A DNA stretch of 64,000 nt, from assembly GCA_012295275.1 (NCBI GenBank), contig CM022665.1, forward strand, positions 18,228,001 through 18,292,000, given 5' to 3'. The notes below the pieces were generated by a model. That model was not told the DNA's origin and ran no database searches. It worked only from the letters and a program-made list of their open reading frames with translations. The translations under genes were made by a program, and so were the position numbers. Every line of letters starts with the position of its first letter. Within the stretch, counting starts at the first letter, position 1. Of the stretch, positions 25,306 through 38,612 are shown piece after piece. The DNA comes from Chrysomallon squamiferum. Its lineage: Eukaryota; Animalia; Mollusca.

Positions 25306-28300
25306 GCCTATTTTTGTTGTTGTTGTTTTAATATATTTTTATTTATTATGTTCAGTGCATTTGAATAGATTCAGTAATATTCCAAATATTATCAACTAAC
25401 CTTTATTTATTTATCTATCTATCTATCTATTTCTGGTTTTATTTTTATTATACAAATGGAAAATACTTTTTTATTTCACTTTATATATTTTGTTTATTTT
25501 TTTATTTATTTAAATCTAGTTACTTATTTAATCATTTACTTACTTATTTTCTTCCTTCCTTACTTATTTACTTACTTACTTAATATTACAGAAAAATGCA
25601 TCACCAATTTTGGACTCACAACTTTTCAAAGGAATCAGTGATTTTATTCAGTTAGTTGGTAGCCAAGGAAATGATCTGGAGAGCAGGTACTTGGAGATTC
25701 AGGGGCAGATAACTGCTGTGGTGGATAAGATAGAAGCAGTGAAAAAAAACTTGCAGTCTCTGAAAAGTACTGGCAAAGGTCCACAAGATTCTAGGTACTT
25801 ACTTAAATTTATATTGATAGTATTAACTAAATTTATAGTGGAACAACTACATATTGTGGAAGATGTATGAGAATTCACTACTTCATGTTCTGTATTGTTA
25901 TCAGCATTATCATTTATGTTCTATAATTGTTATTAAGATTATCGTTCATTTTCTATATTGTTATTAACATTATTGTTCATGTTCTATACTGTTATTAACA
26001 TTGCTCATGATCTATATTGTTAACATTATTGTTCATGCTTTGTATTGTTATTAATATTATCATTCTCTATTGTTATTAACACCAGTGTTCATGTTCTTTA
26101 TTGTTATTAACATTATCATTCATATTCTATATTGTTATTATTGAAGGTTACAGCATATCTATTGTTGTTATTCAGGGAGTGCACTATTGTTCTGGAATGT
26201 GAGGAAAAAGCTAAAATCATTCTTATCATATCTTATGTGGTCACATGTGCATCATGGATTCCAAGCTATGACATCCGAATGTTTACCACAGAGGAAATAA
26301 TGAAGGTAAATAAATAAACAAAATAAAATTGTACCTAATATCATTTTGGTAAGATTTAAACCGTAGATCCATACACACACATACTGAATGTATACAAAGT
26401 ACATATATACATGTAACTAAGTTTTCAGATCAGTAAAAAGATATCATAAATTCCTTTCCTTTTCTTATGCACTTACACACTAATTATCAATATTGTTATT
26501 AACAATATCATTCATATTGATTATTGTTATTAACAATATCATTCATGTTAAGTATTGTTATTAACAATGTCATTCATGTTAAGTATTGTTATTAACAATG
26601 TCATTCATGTTAAGTATCGTTATTAACGATGTCATTCATGTTAAGTATCATTATTAACGATGTCATTCATGTTAAGTATCGCTATTAATGATGTCATTCA
26701 TGTTAAATATCATATTAACAATGTCATTCATGTTAAGTATTGTTATTAACAATATATATATATATACATATTTTTTTAATAAATTTCAGATTTTCTATTT
26801 TGGACAAATCAGGCAGTCAACAGGAGAAGACTGGAATGATGCTAAGCTCTTTCTGTCAACTGCTGCTCCAAACATAGGGGGTGTGGTGCCAGAGTTATCT
26901 GTCCAGACAGTGTCCATTAAGTATAGGACACCACTAAGGTTTGTAGTTGGTCCAAAAACAAACAAAAATGAACATAAATGGCTGTCTGAATTTCCAAAAA
27001 TAGTTCGATGTTCTTCTGTCCATCTAGACCTGATATTTGAAAATCACCACCTAATTTTTAAAAATAAAATTATTATTATTTCTTTGTTTCTTTATTTCTT
27101 TATTTTTAATTATTTAAAAAAGAAAACAAAAAAAAGAAAAGAAAAGTCAGAGAAGTCTTGCATGAATTAAAATACTAACTTTGAATTTCATTTTTCTTTT
27201 TATCTTTCATTCTATATTAAAAATTTAAAAATTGTTATTGCTTTATTTCTATTTTTAAAACCTATTTTATAACAATTTTGATTTACATCATGATGTTTTA
27301 AATATTTTGTTTTCTTTATTAAACATTAAAAGTGTTTTCAAGTAATTGTTGTACTACATTATCAGACAAATTTGTATCTCTGAATAATCAAAAACTGATG
27401 AGTAGATGTAGTTTATATATGTATATATTTGCCTTTTTTTACTTCTGTTTTTAAAATCTTTAAACTCACCCGGTGACAAAGAATAAAAAGACTAAAGAAA
27501 GCATGAAACAAAATAATTTATACTTTGTTTGTTTCTGTTGATTTTGTTTTTATTAAGAAAAGGAAAGAAGCAGAAGAAGAAAAAGAAAAAGAAAAATGTC
27601 TGTCAAATACAGAAGAAATCAAAGTAGACTTATTTTCTTTCAATCCATGACTATTTTTTCTCCTTTTTTTATACTTCGCCAAATTTGTATAGTAATAATA
27701 ATAATAATAATAATTATTATTATTATAAAATTATAATAGCAGTATTCAAGTGATTATTACTTTTCAGATCACATTTTTAGCAAAGTTTGCAGTGATGAGA
27801 GTTTTCCCAGTATCTGCAGATTTCTGCCTAATAATGGTTTAAAAATTGTCCACCAATTCTTTATTTCTGCAGCAATGAACTCAACCATCATTCTGCATTT
27901 TAGATAGAGCAGCTTATTGGTGCCATCTATTTAATGATGGCGACCGTTATTCTACTGCTACTTCTGCCTTGTTATTGGCTGATTCCATCACACAAGTCAT
28001 TATTCCTGCACAAGAATTGTGTGAAGTTTCTCATCGTGGTGCAGTCTGGTGATTTCTTGCACTGATACTGAAGTTTTATGATTGAAATGAAAGTTCCAGA
28101 GAGGACAGCAGATCTGAAGACAGTAGAATGTTGCGTTGAGAAGGTTATTTCATTGGTGTTGGGTTTAGTAGGAGGACAATTTGGGTGATTTTTTTTTTAG
28201 TCACTGGGTCTGTAAAACTGATGGAGCAGATTGTGTAATAAATTAAACAGGAGAAAAAAAAACTAAAACTATTTTGGATTTGTCCAGTAGGATGAAATCT

Positions 28301-29697
28301 CCACCAATTTTTTTTCAAGAGACACTTTCATCACTTTTATTTTGGAGAATTTATTATGTCAGTTTTTGTATTCTGTGTTTTCTGTATGCAGAATGGAAAA
28401 AGGTAGAGGTCTTTTACGTTCCCAAAAAAGCAGAAAACCACTCGCTAGTCCAGAATGCTTAATGGAATCTGGTTTAATTGATGGATATTATATGGATTTG
28501 CCTGAAGAACATGAAGAATGTATTCCTAAAATGGAAGTTGCTACTTCTGAGGTATTTTTACACTTCAGTTTTTACATTTAAATATTTCTGTTAAAAGAAT
28601 TTATTTCCAGGCATTTTCAGTGAGTTCTTTTTAAAAAAAAAGGCAGCCATATATATATATATATACACACACATTTTTGAATTGTTGTAATTAAAACAAG
28701 ATGATTCATATTTTAATATTATTTCTTTGCCATTCTTTTGTTTTGCTGTGATTAAATCTGTAAGATACTTTTTATTTATTTATTTAGTTTTTAGTTTCTA
28801 GTATTTACAGATGAATAATCTGTTGTTTTCAAGTTGTATATTTCATATGCTTCTAAGTGGTTGTTTATTTTCTTGTTTATAAATTATACATCTAGTTCTA
28901 CTAAGAAACAGCTAAGTATATTTGTGATACTTTAAAGCAAGTAAATCATTATACTTCTCATATGTCACTAGTACATAAGATTAATAATTTATTTTAAAAA
29001 TTGGTTCTAACACTGCAGAACAAGATGTATGACGTATAAAATATATTTTGGGACACTTTCAGGAGAATGTAAACTTTGAGTAAATCATTATATTTCTCAC
29101 ATGTCACAATTTTTTGAAATTAATAGCCGATTTCAAAAACTGGTTGTGAAATACATTTTTAGGATACTTTTTAGGGAATGCAAATTCAAAATAAATAGTT
29201 ATATGTTTCATACACCACAATCACATGTGATTATTAATTTATCTTAAAAACTGGTTCTGACATTGCATATTTCATATGAAATACATATTTTGGATATTTT
29301 CAAGACAATATACATTTTTAGTAAATCATTATATTTTTCATACATCACAGTTACACAAAATTAAAATAAATGATTTATAAAAAAATTGTTTTTATGTTTG
29401 CAGGTCAGCAAAACGACAACATGCACAACATATGAAATAGCTCGTGTTTCTACCATCCCCTGTGATAACATAGACCACAAGGTTTCAGTGGGTATCTTTG
29501 ATGTGAAGCCAGTCCTTGAGTACATCACTGTGCCAACTGCAGCACAGCATGCTTTTCTTCAGGCTCGTGTGACCAATACATCACAGTTCTCTCTTCTTCC
29601 TGGAACCACTAACATTTTCCTCGATAACAGTTTTGTGGCAAAGGTATTTCTTGTGACTGTCCTGTCAAGCAATTTCAGGATGATTTTAATTTTAATA

Positions 29698-29738
<41 letters not shown>

Positions 29739-30619
29739 ATACATACATACATACATACACATGTAGGTACATTTATATATATACATACATAGATATACAT
29801 ATTTCAAACTGTCCTCTGGAAAATGATTGATGGAGTTTATTAACACCTGCTCAGTGTTTAATACATTTTAATACCAACTGACATTGACCTTAATTAAACA
29901 GCTTATTTGTTAGGGATCCCATCAGATTTCCTTGAAAGGTAAATTTTACATAATCCATAAAATACATGTAATATGTATTAACTATATTATTCTTTGTCTC
30001 TATTTATATGTGAAATAAAATATAAACAATATAAATATGTCTTAATCACAGGCAACCATGAAGGCAGTGTCCCCAGGGGAAGAGTTTGAATGTTCATTAG
30101 GGGTGGATCCTGGAGTAAGGGTGACCTACAAACCCTTGTACAAGTTCCGTGAGTCATCAGGGATTTTTGCTAAGATGCTTTGTCAAAATTTCCAGCAGGT
30201 TACAGAGCTGAAAAACACTCATGATTATCCAATAAAAATAGAACTCAGGGACCGGCTTCCTCGTAGTGGTGATGATAAAATAAAGGTGAGACCAGGTTAA
30301 TAATATAAAGATGACAATAATGGTTAAGAAAATAATAATGACAGTGACAGTGACAGTGACAGTGACAACAATAATAAATGTAATAGTAATAATAATAAAA
30401 AAAATATGATAACTGAAAGTAAATACTTAATGGGCAATCACAAAAGTAATAATAGAATGATGAGAGAATCATCATGGTAACCATGAAAAAAAAATGATTA
30501 AAAGTAACTAACTAATGGAAAGTGGTGAAAGTAATGATAGAAGAAGGAGAAAATTGATATGGTAATGAAAGCAAGAATTATAAAGATGATTTTGAATGAT
30601 AATTTATTTTTATTTTTGT

Positions 30620-30652
<33 letters not shown>

Positions 30653-31311
30653 AATCCATGATCATATTTTTTTAAATTATTATTACTGTTGTTATTATTA
30701 TTATTATTATTTTCCTTTTTTTCCCCCTACTTTTAAAAAACTAGAATAAAGGTGAGGCTAGCATGATAAAATAAAGGACACAGTAATGATGATGATTTTA
30801 AGTGATTTTTTTTTCATTTTAGTCCAAATGTAAACAAAACTACCCAGAACCTACTTTTTATTTATTTTTATTTCAGCTTCTATATATATACAATGCCATT
30901 TTAAAAGGTAGCTATAATACATACATACATACATATATATTTTTATTTTTTTTATTTCAGCTTCTATATATATATATATAGAAGCTGAAATAAAAAAAAA
31001 TATAAAGTATATATATATATAAACAATTTTCATTTTATTTTTAATATTTCTAATCTTTTTTGTTGTTCAATTATTATTTTAATTTTATTTTTATATATAT
31101 TTTTAAAATTATATATTAATCTGTATTTTAGATAAATCTGCTGGAACCTGCTATTGATATGAAACATCCTCAAAGAAACAATAAAAATGTTTACCTCACT
31201 AAGGATAATCATGTTATCTGGAAGTTAGAACTGGACAAACAGGAGAAGAGGGAGATAACTCTGAAGTACACAGTGGAACATCCTTTTAATGAGGAAATTA
31301 CCTTCGACTAA
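24194..31311 (+). CDS. DUF4140/DUF4139 protein (C. elegans F37C4.5-like; related to the bacterial MuiA-like family), 9 exons, 567 aa
   Basis: Exons 24194-24375, 24978-25203, 25592-25794, 26176-26305, 26790-26938, 28392-28551, 29404-29643, 30052-30285, 31132-31311 (1704 nt, phases consistent). Motifs: IKKVTVYSDRAEV, IDPDSIRVEG, ASWIPSYDIR, QSTGEDWNDAKLFLSTA, LLPGTTNIFLD, VSPGEEFECSLGVDP. Confidence 0.93.
25885..26140. repeat. ~30-bp intronic minisatellite
   Basis: Tandem units resembling TCTATATTGTTATTAACATTATTGTTCATG. Confidence 0.85.
26490..26752. repeat. 31-bp intronic minisatellite
   Basis: About 8 copies of GTTAAGTATTGTTATTAACAATGTCATTCAT. Confidence 0.9.
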
Positions 31312-33079
31312 TAACGTAACTTTTTAAGACATTTCTAATGTTTTGATTTACATCATTTATCTTGAATATTTTAAATTCTCTTGTTTTTGTTTTTAATATT
31401 TTTTATACTTTATATATTAAGAGTCAAGTCAATTTCTTTTTTTGCACATTATTTATAAAAAAAATATAATTTGAATTTACTTTCTATTCTAAAACATTTT
31501 AAATATAATAATTATAATTAATTTGGAATATTTTTATTTTATAATACTATTTTTGGGGTGGGGGAATATTTTATATTTTGTGTTGCAATTTGTCTTAAAT
31601 TTTTGCATTCGTTATTATTATTTTATTTTATGACTGATAACTACAAAGACTGAAGTTGTTGCCTTCATAATTCTGATGTGTGAACCTATTTTTTATGATA
31701 TCTACAACTTAAAAAAGACTGCCTTAACTTTTAACTTTTTTTTTCTTTTTTTTTTTTAACTATTATTTTTTATTATTATTATTTTATTTTTATTATGGGA
31801 TTGTTTTCTTCTGTTTGTTTTTATATCATGAAATCAGATTTTCAAAAAACAAATTAAATTTTTAAACAGACTGGTTTTTTTACCACCAGTTAAAATGATA
31901 ATTTGTATTAATGAAAGATTCCTGTATTTTAATTCTATTTTATGTATTTTGTTCTTTGAGGGTCACAAATGTTGAGAGTATTACACACTCTTTTGTGTTG
32001 TTGGGTACGTGTAATATACACTACAATATTACAGTTTTTGTATTTACAATTAATTAAGTCTCAATAATTATATTTTGATATATATATATATGTCATTATT
32101 TTACATTTACTATATTGATTTTGTGACTTTTGATATATGTTTTACAACTGTTACATAGCATTCATTTCTTTAGTTATTATGAATATTTGATTAGCAGACT
32201 TCAGAATGATATAAATAAATACTTAAATTAGTTTTATTTTGTTTTTGTCATCATCATCACCAGTATTATTAAAGAAAATGCATATTAGAATGGCTGAATA
32301 AGCTGGTGAAATATACATCCTTTTAAAATTATACTTTTAACAATGTTAACCTCATTTGCTTCCACAAATAATTAATTTCTCTTTAATTTGTATTTAATTT
32401 AATTTAATTTTATTTTATTTTATTTTATTTTATTTCATTTTATTTTATTTTATTTGTTTTAATTATTACTACAAACATTCAAGACATTTTTTTATTAAGT
32501 GATGTCAAATTCTGGCATATATATATTCTAGTGTACACTGAAGTATCCAGATGAAAATATGTCACTTACTGTTTCTTTTGATAATAAGCTGTATCTTCTG
32601 TTAAGTTTGAAATTGAATGGTCTTATGTAAATGTGGCTAAAGCATGCATGGTTTTCTATTATTATTATATATTTATTTATTGTTTTAGATATATATATAT
32701 ATTTTTTATTATTATTATTATTATTTTTATTTTTTTAAATTTAAAATGGTTTTTTCATGAAGATGTATTATAACTCTGAGAATCAAACTCCCCCCAACAA
32801 AAAAAGAAGCAAAATAACAAAAAAACAACAACAATAGTTTGTTAAAAGATATTTTTAATGTATAATTAGACAGCTAATAAAAACTGCTGAACAAAGTAAT
32901 ATCACAACGAAGCATGTACTTTAAAAACACAAAGAAAACAAAATTTAATGACAAAATAAAAATCTTTGAAAGAAATAAACACTCAAAATATTGCTGTATT
33001 CATTCATCTACCAGCAACTCATTCACAACCATAAAATAAAAAAAATTAAATAAAAATTAAAAATAGCAGATGTACTTAC

Positions 33080-35067
33080 GACCTTTTCCTGCATTGATCT
33101 CCTATATTTAGAAGTCTGGATAGGTGTGTAAATTTGTTGAAGATTCCTCCATGGCAAAGGTGTGGTTAATGTATGGGTTCACTGTCTTGACATGTTTTGG
33201 TACTGGGTACCTTTTTACTCTTTTGTCTGGCAGGAAAGAAATCTCTTCTTTTTCTCTGACTTGGATTGGGAGAGACAAACTGCATGCTTTGTGGTTCATA
33301 CCTTGGTTTTGGAGACTGATACTGGTTCTTTGGTCTGTGGATATCTCTTGGAGATATGAACTTTGCATGTTTCTTTTGGTTTTGTCTGCTGGGAGAAAAT
33401 CTCTTGTCTGTTGGTCTCATTTAAAGAATTTCATTGACACAATTTTCATACATGTTTCATGTAGATCTGTTAAGTATATTAATATAATTATTGACATTAT
33501 TATCATTGTAATCACTGTTATCATTATAGATATCATCATAATCATCACTGTTATTATTATTAATACTGTTATCATCATAAGCATTAATGTTAATATCATC
33601 ATAATCATGATATTCAGCACAGCAGTTTGGATCATCTAACTGGAAATAATCAAACGTTAGCATGCAAGTGAGATATTTTCATCCATTCTCTTTAACATAT
33701 CAATTCTTACCATTTTGCTTTGCTTATATACTGTTACCTGACATTTCACATTTTCACCACAATGACAAACTACTTTTAAAGAAATATTTGTGTCAGATTG
33801 TTTTAAGTCATTTTCACACAGCATCATCATTCTTTTACGATTATTGTGTTCGAAACTTTTTGTTTAAATTATCATATAATTTTTGTGGTGATTATGACAG
33901 CAAAATAAAGAATAAAGAGAGTGGTATGCTAGCACTGTTGCATGAAGAAAACAAGTGAAAATGTTACACCTCCTCACATAAATAATGAAACACCCACTGA
34001 GAGCCACAACAAACAGACAAACAGAACAACAGGAACAGAAACAATCTTTGGATTAGACAAAGCTACTGAAAAAGAAGAGGTAATAATAATAATTAAAACT
34101 ATAAAAAAGTAAATAAATAAATAATAGTAGTAATAGCAACATAATAATAATAATAAATAAATATAGCAATAATAATAATTAAAATATAACAATAATAATA
34201 GTAATTAAAACAACTATAATACTAATTAATCTAGATGAGCTAGGCAACTAAATGCACTCAAACACACTTATTACATATAAATAAACACTACATGCAAATA
34301 CACATCATGTATATATACTACATGCCCACACATACTGAATGCATACAAATATACTAAATTCATTTTCATATATGTATGCACATTACCAGATTCATATTCA
34401 TACATGCCACATACATACATATGTATTAAATTCATTTTCATACATATATACTACATGGATACATATTAATGTATGCACATATACTAAATTTATATTCATA
34501 TATATCAATATATATACATACACTGAATTTATTTTCATACGCATATTGCATACACATTTATACCACAGGTATACATACTAGAATTCATATTCATATATTT
34601 CCATACATACACATATATTCTACAAATATATTTACACATAGTACATGCAAATACACATAAATACACATATATGCTACATGGATACACATATGCCACATCT
34701 CTCATAACGGTCTTTCACCCATTCTGCACTTTCCTCCTAAACACTGCTCCTTTGCAATGCTGGTGTTGTTACCATGGCAACTAGGAGCTCCCGGACATTT
34801 TGTGGGTTACATCCTAATGAAGACAACGTTTTGTTCACAGTCTGGGGAACATGACCCTCAAATCTTCAGTTTCCATGCAGACCAGAAATCTTCAGCTAAA
34901 ATATAATTTATTTACCTATATATATGTATCCATGTGTGTGTGTGTGTGTAGAGACATATTCACACACACACACACACATATACATACATGGAGAAATGTA
35001 TAATTAACTATACTTTTAGTAATTTAGTATAGAAAATTTACTTAGTGGTTTCCTTTTTTATTATTAT

Positions 35068-35108
<41 letters not shown>

Positions 35109-37013
35109 AACTGAATACTCTAAGAAGAAGAACTACAAAATTAACTAAATGAATGGAGAATATATGTTTATCGTGAAATGTTTTGATATTACTAACTAAC
35201 TGTCTCAGTGACATATTTAGTAATTCGCTGGTTTACTGACTGAACAACTGACTCATTTACTGATATACTGACTGACTGACTGACACATTTATTGACTTAC
35301 TGATTTAATGATTGGCTTGCTGACTCATTTACTGATATACTGACTGAATGTCTCATTCATTGACTAATTGACTGACTGATTTACTGTCTGGCTTGTTGAA
35401 TGAATTACTAATTGACTCATATATTGACTAATTGACTGACTGATTGACTCATTTACTTACTGACTGACTTACTGATTCATTTACTGACTGACTGATTTTC
35501 TTACTGACTGACTGATTGATTGACTGACTAACTGGCTGATTTACTGACTCTGACTGACTGACTGACTGACTGATTTACTGGTTCACTAACTGACTGATTG
35601 AATCACTGATTGACTGACAAAGTTACTGATTTATTTTCTGATTTGTTGAAAGAATTAATGACTTATTCAAAGATTGACTGAAAGACTGACTGACTGATTT
35701 ACTGATTGCCTAAATGACTATTTTATTGACTGACAGACTGAATGAATATTAAAAGACTGACTCTTTGACTGACTGAGTGACTTACTCACTGACCAATCTG
35801 GTGTGCTGTCCACTACAGTTGTGTCCGGAAACTGGAGCTGTGCAGTTTTGTTTTAACACCAACACCCGTTTACACGACTTCTGAGATGGGTAGATTATAC
35901 AAACATAGACTGTTAACTAAAAGAACATCAACTGAGTGTTAGGGTAACTACCTAACACATAGATTTAAATAATTACTTTCAAGAATTTTTTATTTTTTAT
36001 TTTAAAAAAGCTGCTTGACCTTTTGATTATAAAAAATCAGGGATATGTGAGGGATTTCTTATTGTTTTGTTGTTTTTGGTTGTTGCTGGTTTTTTTATTA
36101 GTTTTAATTTTTTGTTGTTATTTTTATTTTGTTGTAGTCATCTGATTATATATATATATATATATATTTTTTTTATTTGTTGTTGTTTGTGTGCGTATGT
36201 ATGTCGATTTTGGGGGGTGGAGAGAGAGGGTTTACATCGTCTTTTTTTGTTGTTTTTTTATTTCTTTTTTTGCATTCATCTTACTTGGATATCATCATCA
36301 GAAAAGATTAATTGATAAAAATGAAAATTCAAAACATCACCATTGACATTCACTTCTGACACATTTGTCAACGAAACACTGCTCCGTGACGAACATTTTG
36401 ATAGGACCAACAAAATTATCTCACCTGCCAGCTGGCCTCGGGTTCGTACACGACCTCGCTTCGACAATTTTCCTGTCGCACGACGGGAGATAGATTCCAA
36501 CACTCTATACCAGGCCGTCCATTTTCCGTCCACTACAAAACTAATTATCATGATTATCTCTACCACCGTCACAATCATCATGTTCATCATCCTTGTAATT
36601 AGCATTTATACATCAAGTGTGGGTTTAATTAATGTTAATGTGCCATCAGCTAAAACTACACAATACTGGTTTAGTAGTTGATTATTGATGATTAGTTCGT
36701 TAACTGTGTGGTTGGTCTGGTTCTTTAGTTGGTTCACTGGTTAGTTGATTAACTAGTTGGATGACCATGTGATTAGATAATTCGTTGACTAGCTGGTTGG
36801 TTAGTTGGTTGACTAGCTAGATGATTCGTTTGTGACTAGCTCGTTGGTTAGTTGTTTGACTAGCTCGTTGGATAGTTGGTTGGCTAAGCCTATACGTTGA
36901 TTCTGGGTTTGCCAGGTAGTGGATATTTGGCTGCAACCATAGGCGAAGAGTCTATGAAGAAATATCAAATATAGACAATAACTTATTATTTCGGGAACCT
37001 TCGCCATTACCAT
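33080..37013 (-). pseudogene. Unprocessed pseudogene of a type-I membrane protein: leader, three TSP1-like repeats, TM, tyrosine-rich tail
   Basis: Leader 37013-36896 (MVMAKVPEIISYCLYLIFLHRLFAYGCSQ). Exon 36532-36354: DGKWTAWY/SVGIYLPSCDRKIVEARSCTNPRPAGR*DNFVGPIKMFVTEQCFVDKC. Exon from 35916: ...SCKRVLVLKQNCTAPVSGHNCSGQ. Exon 34895-34719: EDFWSAWKLKI*GSCSPDC...RM*...SCHGN...EQCLGGKC. Hydrophobic exon 34065-33970 is frameshifted. Tail exon 33639-33080 has YDD, YIN and YEN motifs and stops. Confidence 0.8.
35200..35790. repeat. Degenerate (ACTG)n tetranucleotide array
   Basis: About 600 bp of ACTG/ATTG units abutting the second TSP1-like exon. Confidence 0.9.
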
Positions 37014-37251
37014 AAAGAATAATACGCTCCTGCCGTCATACCCTGACCTCACAATTAACATATATATAATTACGCAAACTATACAAGATAAACACGTAAC
37101 AGAAGACTATAAACTATTGTCACTGTACTTCAAAAATAACTCGCTGGCTGCTCAAACTGCGAAACTGTTGACCGAACACAAGATATGACAAAGCAGATAC
37201 TTTGTATACAGATAATATGAGACAATTCAGGTCGTGATTTCAATATCATTT

Positions 37252-37288
<37 letters not shown>

Positions 37289-37456
37289 ATTAACGGTAAT
37301 CTGGTTGACACGCCAAGTTTTATCTCGTCTGCTTTTTGTCGATAAAATACATCGTTATTCTCTATTGACGTCTGCTAATCCCCCACGCGGTTCAAAAACC
37401 GATAACGTTATTTATTAAATACTAGAGATTTGTTGAGTGATTACAGTTTAAACGAA

Positions 37457-37487
<31 letters not shown>

Positions 37488-37788
37488 GATAAATTACAAG
37501 CGTTTGTCTGTTACGTACATGATTTATTTATTTATTTATTCTTATGTTCTGGATGTTACTGCTATGGTTTTTTATTGTCTTCTTCGTATAATTATCATCA
37601 TATCGTATCGTTCCTACTGTAACTATATTATGATTTTATATTTCTATGTTATTGTAATTATTACCACTGTTCTATTAATACAGCTACTTACCAAGCTAAT
37701 TTTTGTAACGTTATAAAGACATTGTTAATTTAATCATGGGAGCATTATTTATTGACAAAATGAGTATAGTAGATGACTACTATAATAC

Positions 37789-37833
<45 letters not shown>

Positions 37834-38564
37834 CATCATCATTTAATTTATATTAATTTATCAGTTTGTTTCTCACTCCATAAAGTTACAATGTTGCCAT
37901 GAAGTTACTACAAATAATTACATATTTTTATTTTTTTAAATTTTTTCCCCCTAAAACGACCATTCGAGCTTCTGCCAAATTTGACTTTATCAAATAGTAT
38001 AAATATTTAAAATATAACCTCAAAAATTAAATATGTTTTATCAACTGTTTCTTTCCAAACACTATATGACTGTAAACCAGGAACAATTAATTTTAGTTAC
38101 AGTTGACCAGGTACGCATAACGGTATCACAATGGGGTTACACCCGAACAGACTCGCATAACTGTATTATAATGGGGGTTACCCCTGCCAAGGAAAAAAAA
38201 TACTTTTCGTCGCTGAAGTGTAGCAATATGTCTGCCGACACTAGTTAAATCAATTGTTCAAAATACGGGGTGTCATCTTTCGTCACTGTACTTCTTTGTT
38301 CGTCGTGACGAGTAAGAAGAAATGATTTTTAAAAACTCGTATCACACGACCTGTGGGGAATTGACGTTCAGAATGACGTAACTGACGCAGTAACAGCACG
38401 TGTTTCTTTGTGATTAGTTGGATCTGGTGCAGTAATATCGTTCATTGCCGGTAAATATTATTTTTATTGCTTCATTTATTTTCGGGGGTAATATTATATT
38501 AAGTAAAGTTATTTAAGCTATATGTACTTGAATTATTTAAATTATATGAACTTAAATTCTCTCT

Positions 38565-38612
<48 letters not shown>

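Noticed and set aside
33124-33639. 171-aa hydrophobic ORF on + strand
   Set aside because: It is the antisense shadow of the pseudogene's Asp/Asn/Tyr-rich tail exon.
34719-36532. In-frame TGA codons read as selenocysteine
   Set aside because: They co-occur with TAA stops and frameshifts and are not at Cys positions, which fits pseudogene decay.
36425-36950. Alternative intact spliced ORF MVAAKYPLPGKPRIN-WTENGRPGIECW on - strand
   Set aside because: The frame is open but has no recognisable features. The other frames give a signal peptide and clear TSP1 motifs.
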